DNA from: Rhabdothermincola salaria
GTDB lineage: Bacteria > Actinomycetota > Acidimicrobiia > Acidimicrobiales > Acidimicrobilacustridaceae
DNA: 64,000 bases
Assembly (NCBI RefSeq): GCF_021246445.1
Contig: NZ_JAJQXW010000002.1
Span: 124,001-188,000, forward strand
Direction: 5' to 3'
The notes beneath the pieces were generated by a model. It saw only the letters and a program-made list of their open reading frames with translations. It made no database searches and was not told the origin of the DNA. Each line of letters opens with the position of its first letter. Position 1 is the first letter of the stretch. Shown in pieces: positions 1 through 10,682 of the stretch. Both the position numbers and the translations under genes were made by a program.

Positions 1-2
1 GC

Positions 3-125
3 GCCCTGTACAACGGCAACGATCCCGGCTCGGCGCTGTGGATCTCGATCGCGTGGGCCATCGGGATCACGGTGGTCTTCGCCACCCTGGCGTCGCGCAA
101 GTACAGCCGCTCCGCCTCACGCTGA
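3..125 (+). CDS. 3' end of probable ABC-2 type transporter permease (partial)
   Basis: Frame 3 reads ALYNGNDPGSALWISIAWAIGITVVFATLASRKYSRSASR*: final TM helix plus basic tail typical of DrrB-like permeases. Confidence 0.6.
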   Translation, partial: ALYNGNDPGSALWISIAWAIGITVVFATLASRKYSRSASR

Positions 126-170
126 CACCGGCGTCACCGGTCCGGCCGACGCCGTCGTCCACGCGGTCCC

Positions 171-205
171 GCCACGGCCCCCCGGCCTCGCCGGGGGGCC
201 ATGGC
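171..205 (+). terminator. GC-rich hairpin after the partial permease gene
   Basis: ggccccccgg (176-185) pairs with ccggggggcc (191-200), extendable to 171-205. Confidence 0.5.
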
Positions 206-529
206 GCGCCCGATGGCGCCCGAGAACCCCAGGCGCCGTTACACTGCACAGCGTCGGTCCGGCTCACCGTTGCGCGCCAGGGGTGCACCGGACCCGCCGA
301 GCGCCGCCGAGCCCTGTGCTCCACGGTGGCTCGACCAGCCCCTCCGGGCCGGTCGAACTCCCCCGCCCCGATTCGGGCGAGACGGGAGGCCGGGCGACCA
401 CATCCGATGCACGGCCGTTCACGTCGACGAGCGGCCCCCGGCCGGGGAGACCCTCCCGGCACCGGCCGGTCCACGCGCTGCCGGGGCGCGACGACGGGTC
501 ACCGACCCGAACAGAACGGAACGACACGA

Positions 530-3500
530 GTGGACCACGCTGCGAGCACGGCCGTCATGGGCGACGAGGACACGACCTCGTCGACGACCGCCGACGAGCA
601 CCGATCCGACCTCACCCACCCCGAAGACCCGGACGCACCGCCGGCCGGACCGCCGGCCCCCCGGCCCCTCCGCGAGGTGTTGGCCGACGGGGACCTGGCG
701 CGTGACCCCGCGTTCGTCGCCCTCGTCGAGGCCCACGCATGGGGTGAGGCCGACGAGGCCGGCACCGCCGAGCTCGAGGCCCGCCCCCAGGCCTGGCAGC
801 GCACCCTCCTCGACCTGCTCCACGAGACCGACGACTCCCTCGTGGGCCTGCGTCGGGGCCGTGGCCCCGAGGTCGCCCAGGCCGTCGCCGACCTCGAGGG
901 CGAGCAACAGCGCCTCGAACGTGTCCTGCACCGGCTCCTCGGCATCGCCGAACCCGAGTCCGTGTCCGCCGCGCCCGAGTCTCTCGTGGGCCCGGTCGTG
1001 CTCCAGCTCACGTGGGCCGATCGCAAGCTCGTCGCCTGGGCCGGCGGACCCGGCCAGGACCCGGTCGATCGCGCCGGTCTCGACGACGCCCTGGCGGCCA
1101 CGGCCGCGCCACCGGTGTGGGGCGACCGGGCCCCGCTGCAGCTCCCCGACGGCTCCGGCCGCTCGGCATCGGTCGAGTCGCAGGTCGGCGCCGTGCTGGG
1201 GTGGCTGCTGGCCGACTGCACCGACACCGACGTCCCCGGCCTCGGCCCCAGCGCCCGCTGGCTCGGCCACGTCGCCGCCTGGGCCGTCGAGCTCGTGGCC
1301 CACGGCGCCATGGTCCCCCACGTGCGCCGCCTGCACCGCAAGAGCCGCCAGAAGCCCTCCTACGTCGTCACCTGGACCCCGTCGCTCGTCGACGCCGAGC
1401 GCCTGCGGCGCACCGCCGAGGCCATGCCCGGTGCCGTCAGCGTGCTCAGCCCCGGGGTCGACGCCGCCACCGTCACCCGGGCCGTGCTGGCCGAGGTCGT
1501 CGACGTCGTGTGCCACGACGCCGCCAAGCGGGTCGAGGTGCCCGCCGTCCCGCCCGACATCCGCAATCCCGGCGAGCTGGCCGAGACCGTCATCGGCCAC
1601 CTCGACGGCTCTTCCTTCGAAGCCCCCGCCGGCCTGGTCGGCGACCTGACCAACGCCCTCGACCGGTGGTCGTCACCGGTCACCTCCAAGGCCTACCGCC
1701 CCCTCGTGCTCAAGCTCGAGGCCCCCGACTCCGGCAACGCCTGGGACCTGGCGGTGTTCGCCCAGGGCTCGAACCAGCGCCTCACCCCCGTCGAGGTGGC
1801 CCTGGTCAACGCCGGCAACCAACGGCGCGAGATGGAGGCCAACCTGGTGCGCCTCGAGCGCCTCTTCGACCCGCTCACCCGCCCCGGCGGCCTGCGGCGG
1901 GGCGAGGTCGTGCTCAGCCAGGAAGAGGCCTGGGACCTCATGACCGTGACCGGTCCGATCCTGCGCGACGCCGGCTTCGACGTGCGCGTGCCGGCCCTCT
2001 CGCGCCGCAAGCCCACACCGTCGCTGCGGTTGTTCGCCGAGGGCGGCGAGACCGCGGTCGGCGCCAACCAGCTCGCCGACGTGCGTTGGACGGCGGTGTT
2101 CGACGACGTCGAGCTCACCGCCGCCGACATCCGCCGGCTGGCCGCCGAGGCCCGCCCGCTCGTACGGGTCGGCGGCCAGTGGGTGGCCATCGACCACGCC
2201 GACCTGGCCGCCGCCGCCGAGGCCCTGGCCGAGCGCTCCACCAAGACCCGCATGTCGGGCGCCGAGATGCTGCGCCAGGCGCTCGGCCTCGACGGCTCTC
2301 CGCTCGCCGGCGGGGTCTCCATCGCCGGGGAGGGATGGGCCGCCGACCTGCTGGCCAAAGCCTCCACGGCCACCCTCGAGCCGGCCACCGACCCCGAGGG
2401 CTTCGAGGGCGAGCTGCGCAGCTACCAGGGCGAGGCCCTGGCCTGGCTGCGGTTCCTCGACTCCGCCGGGCTGGGTGGCTGCCTGGCCCTCGACATGGGC
2501 CTGGGCAAGACCCCGACGATGCTGGCCCACCTGGTGGCCACCGCCGGGGAGGCCCCGGCCCTCGTCGTCGCCCCTCCTGCCGTGGTCGGCAACTGGGCCT
2601 CCGAGGCCCGCAAGTTCACCCCGGGCCTCAAGGTCGTGGTGCACCACGGCGCCTCTCGCTCCGGGGGCGAGTCCCTCGAGCGCGAGATCGACGGCGCCGA
2701 CGTGGTCATCACCACCTACGCCACGGCGGTGCGCGACATCGAACAGCTCGAGAAGGTGGAGTTCGGCAAGGTCGTCCTCGACGAGGCCCAGGCCATCAAG
2801 AACCCGGCCAACGACACCTCCCAGCAGCTGCGTCGCCTCCAGGCCCGCACCCGGGTGGCCCTGACCGGCACCCCCATCGAGAACGGCCTGGGCGACCTGT
2901 GGGCCATCCTCGACTTCACCAACCCCGGCCTGGTGGGACCCCGCGCCCCGTTCGTGGCCTCGCTGTCGGCCAACGGCGGCGGCACCCGCGACGCCGCCGA
3001 GCGGGCCCTGCGTGCCCTCAACGGCATCCTGGTGTTCCGTCGCACCAAGGCCGAACCGGCGATCGCCGCCGAGCTGCCCGACCGGATCGACGAGCTCGAC
3101 CACTGCTCGATGACGCCCGAGCAGATCGGCCTCTACCAGGCGGTCCTCGACGCCCTGGTCACCCAGTCGACCGTCGAAGAGGGGGCCGACAAGCGCAAGG
3201 GCCAGGTGCTGGCCGCCATCACCGCCCTCAAGCAGATCTGCAACCACCCGGTCGCCTACCGCCACGACGACGAGGCCCTCGACGGGCGGTCCGGCAAGCT
3301 GGCCCGCCTCGAGGAGATCGTCGAGGTGGTCTACGCCGCCGAGGAACGGGTCCTGGTGTTCACCCACTTCGCCGAGTGGGGCGTGAAGCTGGCCGAGCAC
3401 CTCACGAAGCGCTTCGGCATCCCGGTGGGCTGCTACCACGGAGGTCTCTCCCGCGGCGCCCGCGACCAGCTCATCGCCGACTTCCAGGCGCTCGAGGGCC

Positions 3501-3883
3501 CCGGCGCCCTGGTGCTGTCGCTCAAGGCCGGTGGCACCGGGCTGAACCTCACCAACGCCAACCACGTGGTGCTCTACGACCGCTGGTGGAACCCGGCGGT
3601 CGAGGACCAGGCCCGCGACCGGGCCTGGCGCATCGGCCAGACCAAGACCGTGATCGCCCACCGCCTCGTGTGCCCCGGCACCGTCGACGAACGCGTCGAA
3701 GAGGTGGTGGCCGGCAAGCGCCACATCGCCGACCTCGTCCTGCCCAAGTCGAGCACCCTCGGCGACCTCGATCCCAGCCAGCTGAAGGTGGCCCTGGGCC
3801 TGCGCGGCGACGAGGTCCTCACCGACGACGATCCCCGACCAGGCGATCACGAGGGCACCACCACCGAGGAGGACGCCGCATGA
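530..3883 (+). CDS. SNF2-family DEAD/DEAH-box helicase
   Basis: Motifs LRSYQ, LALDMGLGKT, DEAQAIKN, LTGTPIEN, SLKAGGTGLNLT, DRWWNPAVEDQARDRAWRIGQ; start GTG 530 or ATG 557. Confidence 0.95.
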   Translation: MDHAASTAVMGDEDTTSSTTADEHRSDLTHPEDPDAPPAGPPAPRPLREVLADGDLARDPAFVALVEAHAWGEADEAGTAELEARPQAWQRTLLDLLHETDDSLVGLRRGRGPEVAQAVADLEGEQQRLERVLHRLLGIAEPESVSAAPESLVGPVVLQLTWADRKLVAWAGGPGQDPVDRAGLDDALAATAAPPVWGDRAPLQLPDGSGRSASVESQVGAVLGWLLADCTDTDVPGLGPSARWLGHVAAWAVELVAHGAMVPHVRRLHRKSRQKPSYVVTWTPSLVDAERLRRTAEAMPGAVSVLSPGVDAATVTRAVLAEVVDVVCHDAAKRVEVPAVPPDIRNPGELAETVIGHLDGSSFEAPAGLVGDLTNALDRWSSPVTSKAYRPLVLKLEAPDSGNAWDLAVFAQGSNQRLTPVEVALVNAGNQRREMEANLVRLERLFDPLTRPGGLRRGEVVLSQEEAWDLMTVTGPILRDAGFDVRVPALSRRKPTPSLRLFAEGGETAVGANQLADVRWTAVFDDVELTAADIRRLAAEARPLVRVGGQWVAIDHADLAAAAEALAERSTKTRMSGAEMLRQALGLDGSPLAGGVSIAGEGWAADLLAKASTATLEPATDPEGFEGELRSYQGEALAWLRFLDSAGLGGCLALDMGLGKTPTMLAHLVATAGEAPALVVAPPAVVGNWASEARKFTPGLKVVVHHGASRSGGESLEREIDGADVVITTYATAVRDIEQLEKVEFGKVVLDEAQAIKNPANDTSQQLRRLQARTRVALTGTPIENGLGDLWAILDFTNPGLVGPRAPFVASLSANGGGTRDAAERALRALNGILVFRRTKAEPAIAAELPDRIDELDHCSMTPEQIGLYQAVLDALVTQSTVEEGADKRKGQVLAAITALKQICNHPVAYRHDDEALDGRSGKLARLEEIVEVVYAAEERVLVFTHFAEWGVKLAEHLTKRFGIPVGCYHGGLSRGARDQLIADFQALEGPGALVLSLKAGGTGLNLTNANHVVLYDRWWNPAVEDQARDRAWRIGQTKTVIAHRLVCPGTVDERVEEVVAGKRHIADLVLPKSSTLGDLDPSQLKVALGLRGDEVLTDDDPRPGDHEGTTTEEDAA

Positions 3884-4179
3884 GTCGCTCACGACGCGGC
3901 AACCGATCCCGCAAGGGGACGGCGAAGGCCCCTCTGGGCGAGGCGTTCTGGGGACGCGAGCCCGATGCCGAACCCGGTCCCATCCGGGTCTCGCCCGACC
4001 CATCGGCCATGATCCGTTCGCTCGGACCGCCACCGCTGAAGGGCCACGAGGTCGCCGCCGAGTACACCTTCCGCCTCGTCTACGACAAGGCGGCCGGCCT
4101 CGCCGGCACCCTGGCCGCCGCGGCCGAGCTCGACGGCGACCCCGACGACTCGCCCACCACCGAGACCGCCGACGCCTGA
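3880..4179 (+). CDS. Small hypothetical protein coupled to the SNF2 gene
   Basis: ATGA overlap with the helicase stop; upstream GAGGAGGA RBS; GC3-biased codons. Confidence 0.75.
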   Translation: MSRSRRGNRSRKGTAKAPLGEAFWGREPDAEPGPIRVSPDPSAMIRSLGPPPLKGHEVAAEYTFRLVYDKAAGLAGTLAAAAELDGDPDDSPTTETADA

Positions 4180-4263
4180 TCCCCGGTCTCGGGCACTGCC
4201 CCGACGAGGGTGCTGCGAGGCGGTCGGTCGGGCGGTCGGCCTCCCGGATGCCACCATGGCTCG

Positions 4264-5295
4264 GTGACCACCAGGCGGCGCACGAGTCTCGGCCACGCCG
4301 TCGTGGCCGCCCCTGCTCCGGTCGGGACGGGGTCGTTCCACCGTGCAGGGGCGACGCGGGTCGCCGTGCTCGTCCTGCTCGCCGCGCTCGCTCTGCTCAG
4401 CGCCTGTGGGACGGGGCCCTCGTCGGCCTCCGATCCGCCGCCGGGCGGGGTGTCGGACTCCGCCCCGACCGACACCACGACGTCGACCACGACAGACGAC
4501 GCCGCACCGCGGACGACACCGCCCTCGTCCGTGCCCGCCACGGAGGCTCCGGCGTTCGACGTGCGCACCGCACTCGAGCCGCTGGTGATCGACGACCGAC
4601 CCCGGCCGGACCGCCCCTACCGGCGTGAGGAGTGGCGGCACTGGGAGGACCTGGACGGCGACGGCTGCCACGCCCGGGCCGAGGCGCTCATCTCCGCCTC
4701 AGTGGTGCCGGCCGCGGTGGCCGCCGGCTGCCGGGTCGTCGCCGGCGAGTGGGTCTCGCCCTACGACGGTGCGACCACGACGGACCCGGGGGCGGTGCAG
4801 ATCGACCACCTGGTGCCGCTCCAGGACGCCTTCGTCTCGGGCGGCTGGCGTTGGGACGCCCCCCGACGACGCCTCTTCGCCAACGACCCGGCCGGGCTGG
4901 TGGCGGTGTCGGCCGCGTCGAACCAGTCCAAGGGGGCGCAGGCCCCCGACGAGTGGCGGCCGCCGGATCGCGCCGCCTGGTGCCCTTACGCGTTGGCCTG
5001 GCTGCACATGAAGGTCACCTACGACCTCACCGCCACCACCGCCGAACGCGACGCGCTGGGCCAGATGCTGGAAGGTTGCCCGCCGGGCATCGGACCCGAT
5101 GCCCGCCCCGGTGTCCGCCCGGGCAGTCCGGCACCCACCGTCCCCGTCGCCCCCACCACCGCACCGCCGGGGGCCGAGCCGTACTACGCCAACTGCGACG
5201 CCGCCCGCGCCGCCGGGGTGGCCCCGATCCTTCGGGGCCAGCCGGGCTACCGCGATCGCCTCGACGGCGACGGCGACGGCGTGGCCTGCGAGTAG
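4264..5295 (+). CDS. Lipoprotein with DUF1524/HNH endonuclease domain and C-terminal Excalibur calcium-binding domain
   Basis: Lipobox LLSAC; IDHLVPL...SNQSKG...W.P HNH signature; [12 protein letters not shown]...[15 protein letters not shown]xcalibur motif. Confidence 0.88.
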   Translation: MTTRRRTSLGHAVVAAPAPVGTGSFHRAGATRVAVLVLLAALALLSACGTGPSSASDPPPGGVSDSAPTDTTTSTTTDDAAPRTTPPSSVPATEAPAFDVRTALEPLVIDDRPRPDRPYRREEWRHWEDLDGDGCHARAEALISASVVPAAVAAGCRVVAGEWVSPYDGATTTDPGAVQIDHLVPLQDAFVSGGWRWDAPRRRLFANDPAGLVAVSAASNQSKGAQAPDEWRPPDRAAWCPYALAWLHMKVTYDLTATTAERDALGQMLEGCPPGIGPDARPGVRPGSPAPTVPVAPTTAPPGAEPYYANCDAARAAGVAPILRGQPGYRDRLDGDGDGVACE

Positions 5296-5331
5296 CGGCA
5301 GGACGTCCCGTCGGCCCGTCGTGGCGTCCGC

Positions 5332-5838
<507 letters not shown>

Positions 5839-5913
5839 CGGCGGTCGTCTCCTCGCGCTCGGCTGTCGGACGGACCCTTCGACCGGCCGCGACCCCAGCC
5901 TGGCACGCCGAGC

Positions 5914-7071
5914 TCAGGCACCGTCGACCAGCGCCGCGGCCGCGGCCCGCGCCCGGGCCAGCACCGTCTCGGGGTCGTCGCCGCACACGGTGACGTGGCC
6001 GAGCTTGCGCCCCGGCCGGTGGTCCTTGCCGTAGAGGTGGATCTTGGCCTCGGGATGGGCCAGGGCGGCCCGTAGCGCCTGCGCCGGGTCGGGGGCCTCG
6101 GGACCGCCGAGCACGTTGACCATGGCGGCCGCCGGTACGCGGAGGGCGGGCGAGCCGAGGGGGAGGCCGAGCACCGACCGTAGGTGGTTCTCGAACTGGG
6201 ACGTGTCGCACGCCTCGATGCTGTAGTGCCCCGAGTTGTGGGCCCGAGGGGCGAGCTCGTTGACCAGCACCTCGCCACCGACCCAGAAGAACTCCACGGC
6301 CAGCATCCCGACCGCGTCCACCGCCTCGGCCACCTGCTCGGCCAACTGCCGGGCCCGCTGCTCCACCTCGTCGGGGAGCCCCGAGGGAGCGACCACGGCA
6401 TGGCAGATGCCGTCGCGCTGGTAGGTGCGCACCGCCGGGTAGGTGACGGTGCGGCCGTCGGGGGTACGGGCCACCTGCACCGCCAGCTCGGCGGCGAGGT
6501 CGAGCACCGGCTCCACGACGAGAGGGACGCCGTCGGGGAGGCCGGCGAGCACGGGTGCCGCCTCTTCGGCCCCGGCGAGCCACCACACCCCGCGGCCGTC
6601 GTAGCCGCCTCGGGCGGCCTTGACGACGAGCGGCCAGCCGAAGCGCTCGCCGAACCCCGCCACCTCCTCGACCGTGCGGGCCAGACCGTGGTCGGGCACG
6701 GGGATGGCGGCGGCGACCATGGCGGCGCGCTGAGCGGCCTTGTCGGCGGCGATGGCCAGCGTCGCCGATCCCGGGTGGACGGTGTGGCCCGCCGCCTCCC
6801 ATCGGGCGACGATGGCCGAGTCGACCAGCTCGTGGTCGAAGGTGATGACGTCGGCGCCGTCGGCCGCCGCGGCCACGACCGCGTCGTCGTCCCAGTCGCC
6901 CACGACCGACCGGGGGATGACCGCGGTGGCGCAGTCCGACGGCGTGGCGGCCAGCACTCGCAGCTCGATGTCGAGGGCGGCAGCGGGGGCGGCGGTCATG
7001 CGCGCCAGCTGCCCGGCACCCACCACCACCACCGAGGGCCGGTCGCCCCGGTACGCTCCGGACGTGCTCAC
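5914..7071 (-). CDS. purK: N5-CAIR synthetase (ATP-grasp)
   Basis: GAGQLARM, GGYDGRG, NELAPRAHNSGH, SQFENHLR, HLYGK..RPGRKLGHVT; upstream of purE. Confidence 0.96.
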   Translation of the reverse strand: MSTSGAYRGDRPSVVVVGAGQLARMTAAPAAALDIELRVLAATPSDCATAVIPRSVVGDWDDDAVVAAAADGADVITFDHELVDSAIVARWEAAGHTVHPGSATLAIAADKAAQRAAMVAAAIPVPDHGLARTVEEVAGFGERFGWPLVVKAARGGYDGRGVWWLAGAEEAAPVLAGLPDGVPLVVEPVLDLAAELAVQVARTPDGRTVTYPAVRTYQRDGICHAVVAPSGLPDEVEQRARQLAEQVAEAVDAVGMLAVEFFWVGGEVLVNELAPRAHNSGHYSIEACDTSQFENHLRSVLGLPLGSPALRVPAAAMVNVLGGPEAPDPAQALRAALAHPEAKIHLYGKDHRPGRKLGHVTVCGDDPETVLARARAAAAALVDGA

Positions 7072-7098
7072 GTGCCCACCGCCGTCAGGTGACGCCTC

Positions 7099-7398
7099 AT
7101 GAGCGACACGCCTGCTGCCAGCTGGACCTTCCTCACCAACCATGCCCACGTCCTGATCTGTATCGCCCAGGACCCCGAGTCCCGGTTGCGTGACATCGCC
7201 GAGCGCGTGGGTATCACCGAGCGCTCGACGCAGTCGATCGTGGCAGATCTGGTGGACGGGGGGTATCTGACGCGACGGCGGGTGGGCCGCCGCAACCACT
7301 ACGAGGTCATCGCCGACCGCCCGCTGCGCCATCCCATCGAGCGCGACCACCAGATCGGCCAGCTGCTCGAGCTGGTGGGGCTCGACGCGTCACGCTGA
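7099..7398 (+). CDS. Winged-helix (MarR/AsnC-like) transcriptional regulator
   Basis: WTFLTNHAHVL...RLRDIAERVGITERS...LVDGGYLTRRRVGRRNHY. Confidence 0.88.
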   Translation: MSDTPAASWTFLTNHAHVLICIAQDPESRLRDIAERVGITERSTQSIVADLVDGGYLTRRRVGRRNHYEVIADRPLRHPIERDHQIGQLLELVGLDASR

Positions 7399-7474
7399 GG
7401 CGACGCTCCCCGCCGACGTCGCCCACCCGGCGCTCGACACGCTGGCTCGCTGTGCTGGTCGGCTGTGCTCGTCG

Positions 7475-7696
7475 TCAGTGCTGCGTGGCCCGGTGCTGGG
7501 GTAGCCGGTCGGCTCGCACGTCCATGCCGCACGCGGCGCAGGTCACCCACGCCTCGCCGCTGCGTTCGGGGCGTTCGTCGACCTGGCTCTGGCGCTCGTC
7601 CACCCGTCGGTCGACATCGGGGGAGACGGAGAGTACGGGACCGGATCCGACCCGGGGACCCCATGGGGCACCCGTGGTCGAGGGGAGGGTCGTCAT
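7475..7696 (-). CDS. Small hypothetical protein with C-terminal C2H2-like motif
   Basis: AAAGGAGG RBS upstream of ATG; ends CAACGMDVRADRLPQHRATQH. Confidence 0.55.
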   Translation of the reverse strand: MTTLPSTTGAPWGPRVGSGPVLSVSPDVDRRVDERQSQVDERPERSGEAWVTCAACGMDVRADRLPQHRATQH

Positions 7697-7970
7697 GACG
7701 GACCTCCTTTCGTCACGGACGACCGGCGGGGCCTCGTTGCCCCAGCGGCTGCGGTCGTCGTCATCGTGACAGGACTCCTTCCCCGAGAGGAGGGCCGATG
7801 GACCCCTCCGGACCGGGAAGCTGTGACGCCCGCCGCATGTGACGACTGACCGTGCTCGCGGCATGGACGTCGGGCGCCCTCACCCGTATCGTGACCCCTG
7901 TTGGCACCGGGATCCCCCCTCCCGAGAAGCCACGTACCGGTCAGGTTCCCCCCAACCGATCCGGTTTCTG

Positions 7971-8004
7971 CGACGCCCCCCGGCCCCCCCGCCCGGGGGC
8001 GTCG
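7971..8004 (-). terminator. Hairpin downstream of flavin reductase gene
   Basis: cgacgccccc (7971-7980) pairs with gggggcgtcg (7995-8004), 7 nt after the stop. Confidence 0.55.
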
Positions 8005-8011
8005 GCAGTTT

Positions 8012-8548
8012 TCACTCCCCTGCGGTCGGGACCGTCGGGCGCTGGCGCTCCTCGGCCCCGTGGCCCGGGTCGATGCCCTCCACGTGGTGCAGGCGCAGGA
8101 GCGCTTCCGGGGACGGTCCGCGGTCGACGCCCAGCGGCGCCAGGTCGAGGCAGACGTGGTCGGCGCCCACGTCGACGAGGCCCTCTCGCCGGGCCACGAA
8201 CCGGTTGGGGCAGTCGTCGAGGAGGGGGACGCCGTCGGGTCCCGGGGTCCAGGCGCACCGGTCGAACTTGTCGACCTCGTCACCGGTCTCGCCCCCGAAG
8301 AGCGCGGCCAGCTCCATCTGGTCGGCTGCGGGGAAGTGCACCGCGAAGGTGTCGGCCAGGGCCCCCACCTGGAAGGTGTGGTTGGCCTTGGACAGCCAGA
8401 CCGCGTAGCGCGGCGGATCGATGCCGCTCTGGGAGTGGAACCCGACCAGGCAGCCCGAGCGCTCGCCACCGGACGCGGTGGTGAGGATGATCATGGCCTG
8501 GTCACCCCGGGCCATCAGGTCGGCGAAGTCGTCGCTGACGTCGTCCAT
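8012..8548 (-). CDS. Flavin reductase-like protein
   Basis: GCLVGFHSQSGIDPPRYAVWLSKANHT, LFGGETGDEVDKF, GADH. Confidence 0.88.
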   Translation of the reverse strand: MDDVSDDFADLMARGDQAMIILTTASGGERSGCLVGFHSQSGIDPPRYAVWLSKANHTFQVGALADTFAVHFPAADQMELAALFGGETGDEVDKFDRCAWTPGPDGVPLLDDCPNRFVARREGLVDVGADHVCLDLAPLGVDRGPSPEALLRLHHVEGIDPGHGAEERQRPTVPTAGE

Positions 8549-8678
8549 GCTCGGTCCCTTCCCGCGATCGACCACGACGAGCCCATCGTCGCACGCCGAC
8601 ACCGACCGGTGAGACCTGCGTCACTCGTCGGGGCACTAGCCTGACGCGATCATTGCAGGCAAGGTGAAAGGACCCGCC

Positions 8679-9122
8679 ATGGCCTCGCTGCGCTGCGACA
8701 CCCGGATCGCTCGACCTCCGGACGAGGTGTGGGCGCTCGTCTCGGATCCCGGCCGGATCGTCGAGTGGTTCCCCGGCATGGAGACGGTCGTGGTCGAGGG
8801 GTCCACCCGCACCATCACCCTGCGCTCGGGCCTCCCGCTCATCGAGGAGGTCGTCAACGTCGACCCGCGCCTGCGGCGCTTCCAGTACCGCATCGTCGGC
8901 CCCCTCCCGGTGGAGCACCACCTCGGCACCGTCGACGTGCTCGACGACGACGGCGCCACCCGTGTCGTGTACTCCACCGAGATCACCCCCGATCCCCTGG
9001 CCTTCGTCATCGACGGCGCCATCGCCGCCGCCGTCGGCGGACTGAAGACCCTGTCCGAGGGCGGCCCCACCGCCGTCACCTCCCGAACCGCAGAGCCGAC
9101 CCGCACCGAGGGGGCCAGCTGA
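8679..9122 (+). CDS. SRPBCC (polyketide cyclase/dehydrase-like) family protein
   Basis: IARPPDEVWALVSDPGRIVEWFPG N-terminus; size about 147 aa. Confidence 0.85.
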   Translation: MASLRCDTRIARPPDEVWALVSDPGRIVEWFPGMETVVVEGSTRTITLRSGLPLIEEVVNVDPRLRRFQYRIVGPLPVEHHLGTVDVLDDDGATRVVYSTEITPDPLAFVIDGAIAAAVGGLKTLSEGGPTAVTSRTAEPTRTEGAS

Positions 9123-10657
9123 TGGGCCGCAAGATCCTGCTGATCACCACCGACCAGATGCGCTACGACGCCATCGGCGCCAACGGGGGCACCATCGCCC
9201 GCACCCCCACGATCGACGGGCTGGCCGCGCAGGGCGTCGTGTACGACCGGGCCAGCCCCCAGAACGTGGTGTGCATGCCGTCGCGGGCCACCATCGTGAC
9301 CGGCCAGAACGTCGCCACCCACGGGGTCTGGATGAACGGCGTGCCCCTGGCCGCCGACCACCCCGACGTGGCCCAGGTCCTCGCGGCCAACGGCTATCGC
9401 ACGGCGCTCATCGGCAAGAGCCACTTCGAGCCGCTCCTCGATCCGTTCCTGCGCTTCGAGGAGAACCGCCTCGCCGTCGAGGGGCGCACGGGCCCGAGCC
9501 GCGGGTTCGAGCACATGGAGCTGGCCACCCACGGCGCGGTGGGCTTCACGCACTACGCCAACTGGATGCGGGCCAACCACCCCGAGGCCATGGGCGGCTT
9601 CTACCAGGTGCTCGACCGCGACTTCGAGGTCAACGGCGGCGGCGGCGGCGACTCGGGCGCGCCCCAGGTGAAGCACAACCCCATCGAGCGCGGCTGGTAC
9701 CACACCGACTGGGTCGCCGACCGCACCATCGCCTGGCTCGACGGCCTCGACGACGATGCCGACTGGTTCTGCTGGATGAGCTTCCCCGACCCCCACCACC
9801 CGTGGGACCCGCCCGCGTCCGAACGAGGGCGGATCGACTGGCGCGAGGTGCCCCTCCCGGCCGGCTACATCGCCGATCCGGCCGAACGCGAAGCGGTGCT
9901 CGATGCCCGCGGCCGCCAGTGGCGCCTCTGGTACGACGGCGACCTGGTCTCCAACTACGAGGCGCCGGCCCGTTGGGTGCCGGCCACCCTCACCGCCGAC
10001 CAGGTCCGCGAGGTCAACGCCCTCGCCCACGTCGAGAACGAGCTGATCGACGAGGCCATCGGACGGGTCCTGGACCGGGTGGGCGCACGGGGCTGGGGCG
10101 AGGACCTCGACGTCGTCTTCACCACCGACCACGGCGAGTTCCAGGGTGACTACGGGCTCTTGTTCAAGGGGCCCTACCACGTCGACTCGCTGATGCGGCT
10201 CCCTCTCGTGTGGCGGCCCGCACCCAACGCCGGGGCCACCCCGGCCCGGGTCGACCGGCCCGTTGGCCTCATCGACCTCGCCCCCACCCTGTGCACCATC
10301 GCCGGGGTGTCGGTTCCGGAGTGGATGGAGGGTCGCCCCTTGCCGGTCGACGACGCCGACGCCGACGCCCGCGGCTTCGAGCGGGTCCTGACCGAGTGGG
10401 ACAGCCGGCAACCCGACGGCACCGAGGTCCACCTGCGCACGATCACCCGCGACGGCTGGGTGTGCACCACCTACGGCGCCGGCACCGTCCACGACGGCAC
10501 CGAGGGCGAGCTCTTCGACCTCACCCACGATCCGCTCCAACGGGTCAACCGCTGGACCGACCCTGCCGTGCGCGCCCTGCGCGACGACCTGTTGGCGGAT
10601 CTGGCCGACCACCAGGTCGGACCGGGTCCGCACCGGCGGGTGGAGGCCCCGGTCTGA
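9122..10657 (+). CDS. Formylglycine-dependent sulfatase
   Basis: ILLITTDQMR, CMPSR (CxPxR), GKSH, DPHHP, TTDHG; TGATG overlap with upstream gene. Confidence 0.93.
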   Translation: MGRKILLITTDQMRYDAIGANGGTIARTPTIDGLAAQGVVYDRASPQNVVCMPSRATIVTGQNVATHGVWMNGVPLAADHPDVAQVLAANGYRTALIGKSHFEPLLDPFLRFEENRLAVEGRTGPSRGFEHMELATHGAVGFTHYANWMRANHPEAMGGFYQVLDRDFEVNGGGGGDSGAPQVKHNPIERGWYHTDWVADRTIAWLDGLDDDADWFCWMSFPDPHHPWDPPASERGRIDWREVPLPAGYIADPAEREAVLDARGRQWRLWYDGDLVSNYEAPARWVPATLTADQVREVNALAHVENELIDEAIGRVLDRVGARGWGEDLDVVFTTDHGEFQGDYGLLFKGPYHVDSLMRLPLVWRPAPNAGATPARVDRPVGLIDLAPTLCTIAGVSVPEWMEGRPLPVDDADADARGFERVLTEWDSRQPDGTEVHLRTITRDGWVCTTYGAGTVHDGTEGELFDLTHDPLQRVNRWTDPAVRALRDDLLADLADHQVGPGPHRRVEAPV

Positions 10658-10682
10658 GTCGGCCGGATCGCACCGGCGGGGC

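Noticed and set aside
38..529. N-terminal extension of the 1281-aa ORF
   Set aside because: Low-complexity Arg/Pro/Ala translation that overlaps the upstream permease end and its terminator; the real start is likely 530 or 557
1012..3879. Long alternative-frame and antisense ORFs (1055 aa, 786 aa and many similar across the window)
   Set aside because: Shadow ORFs caused by stop-codon scarcity at very high GC; no motifs, and they overlap well-supported genes
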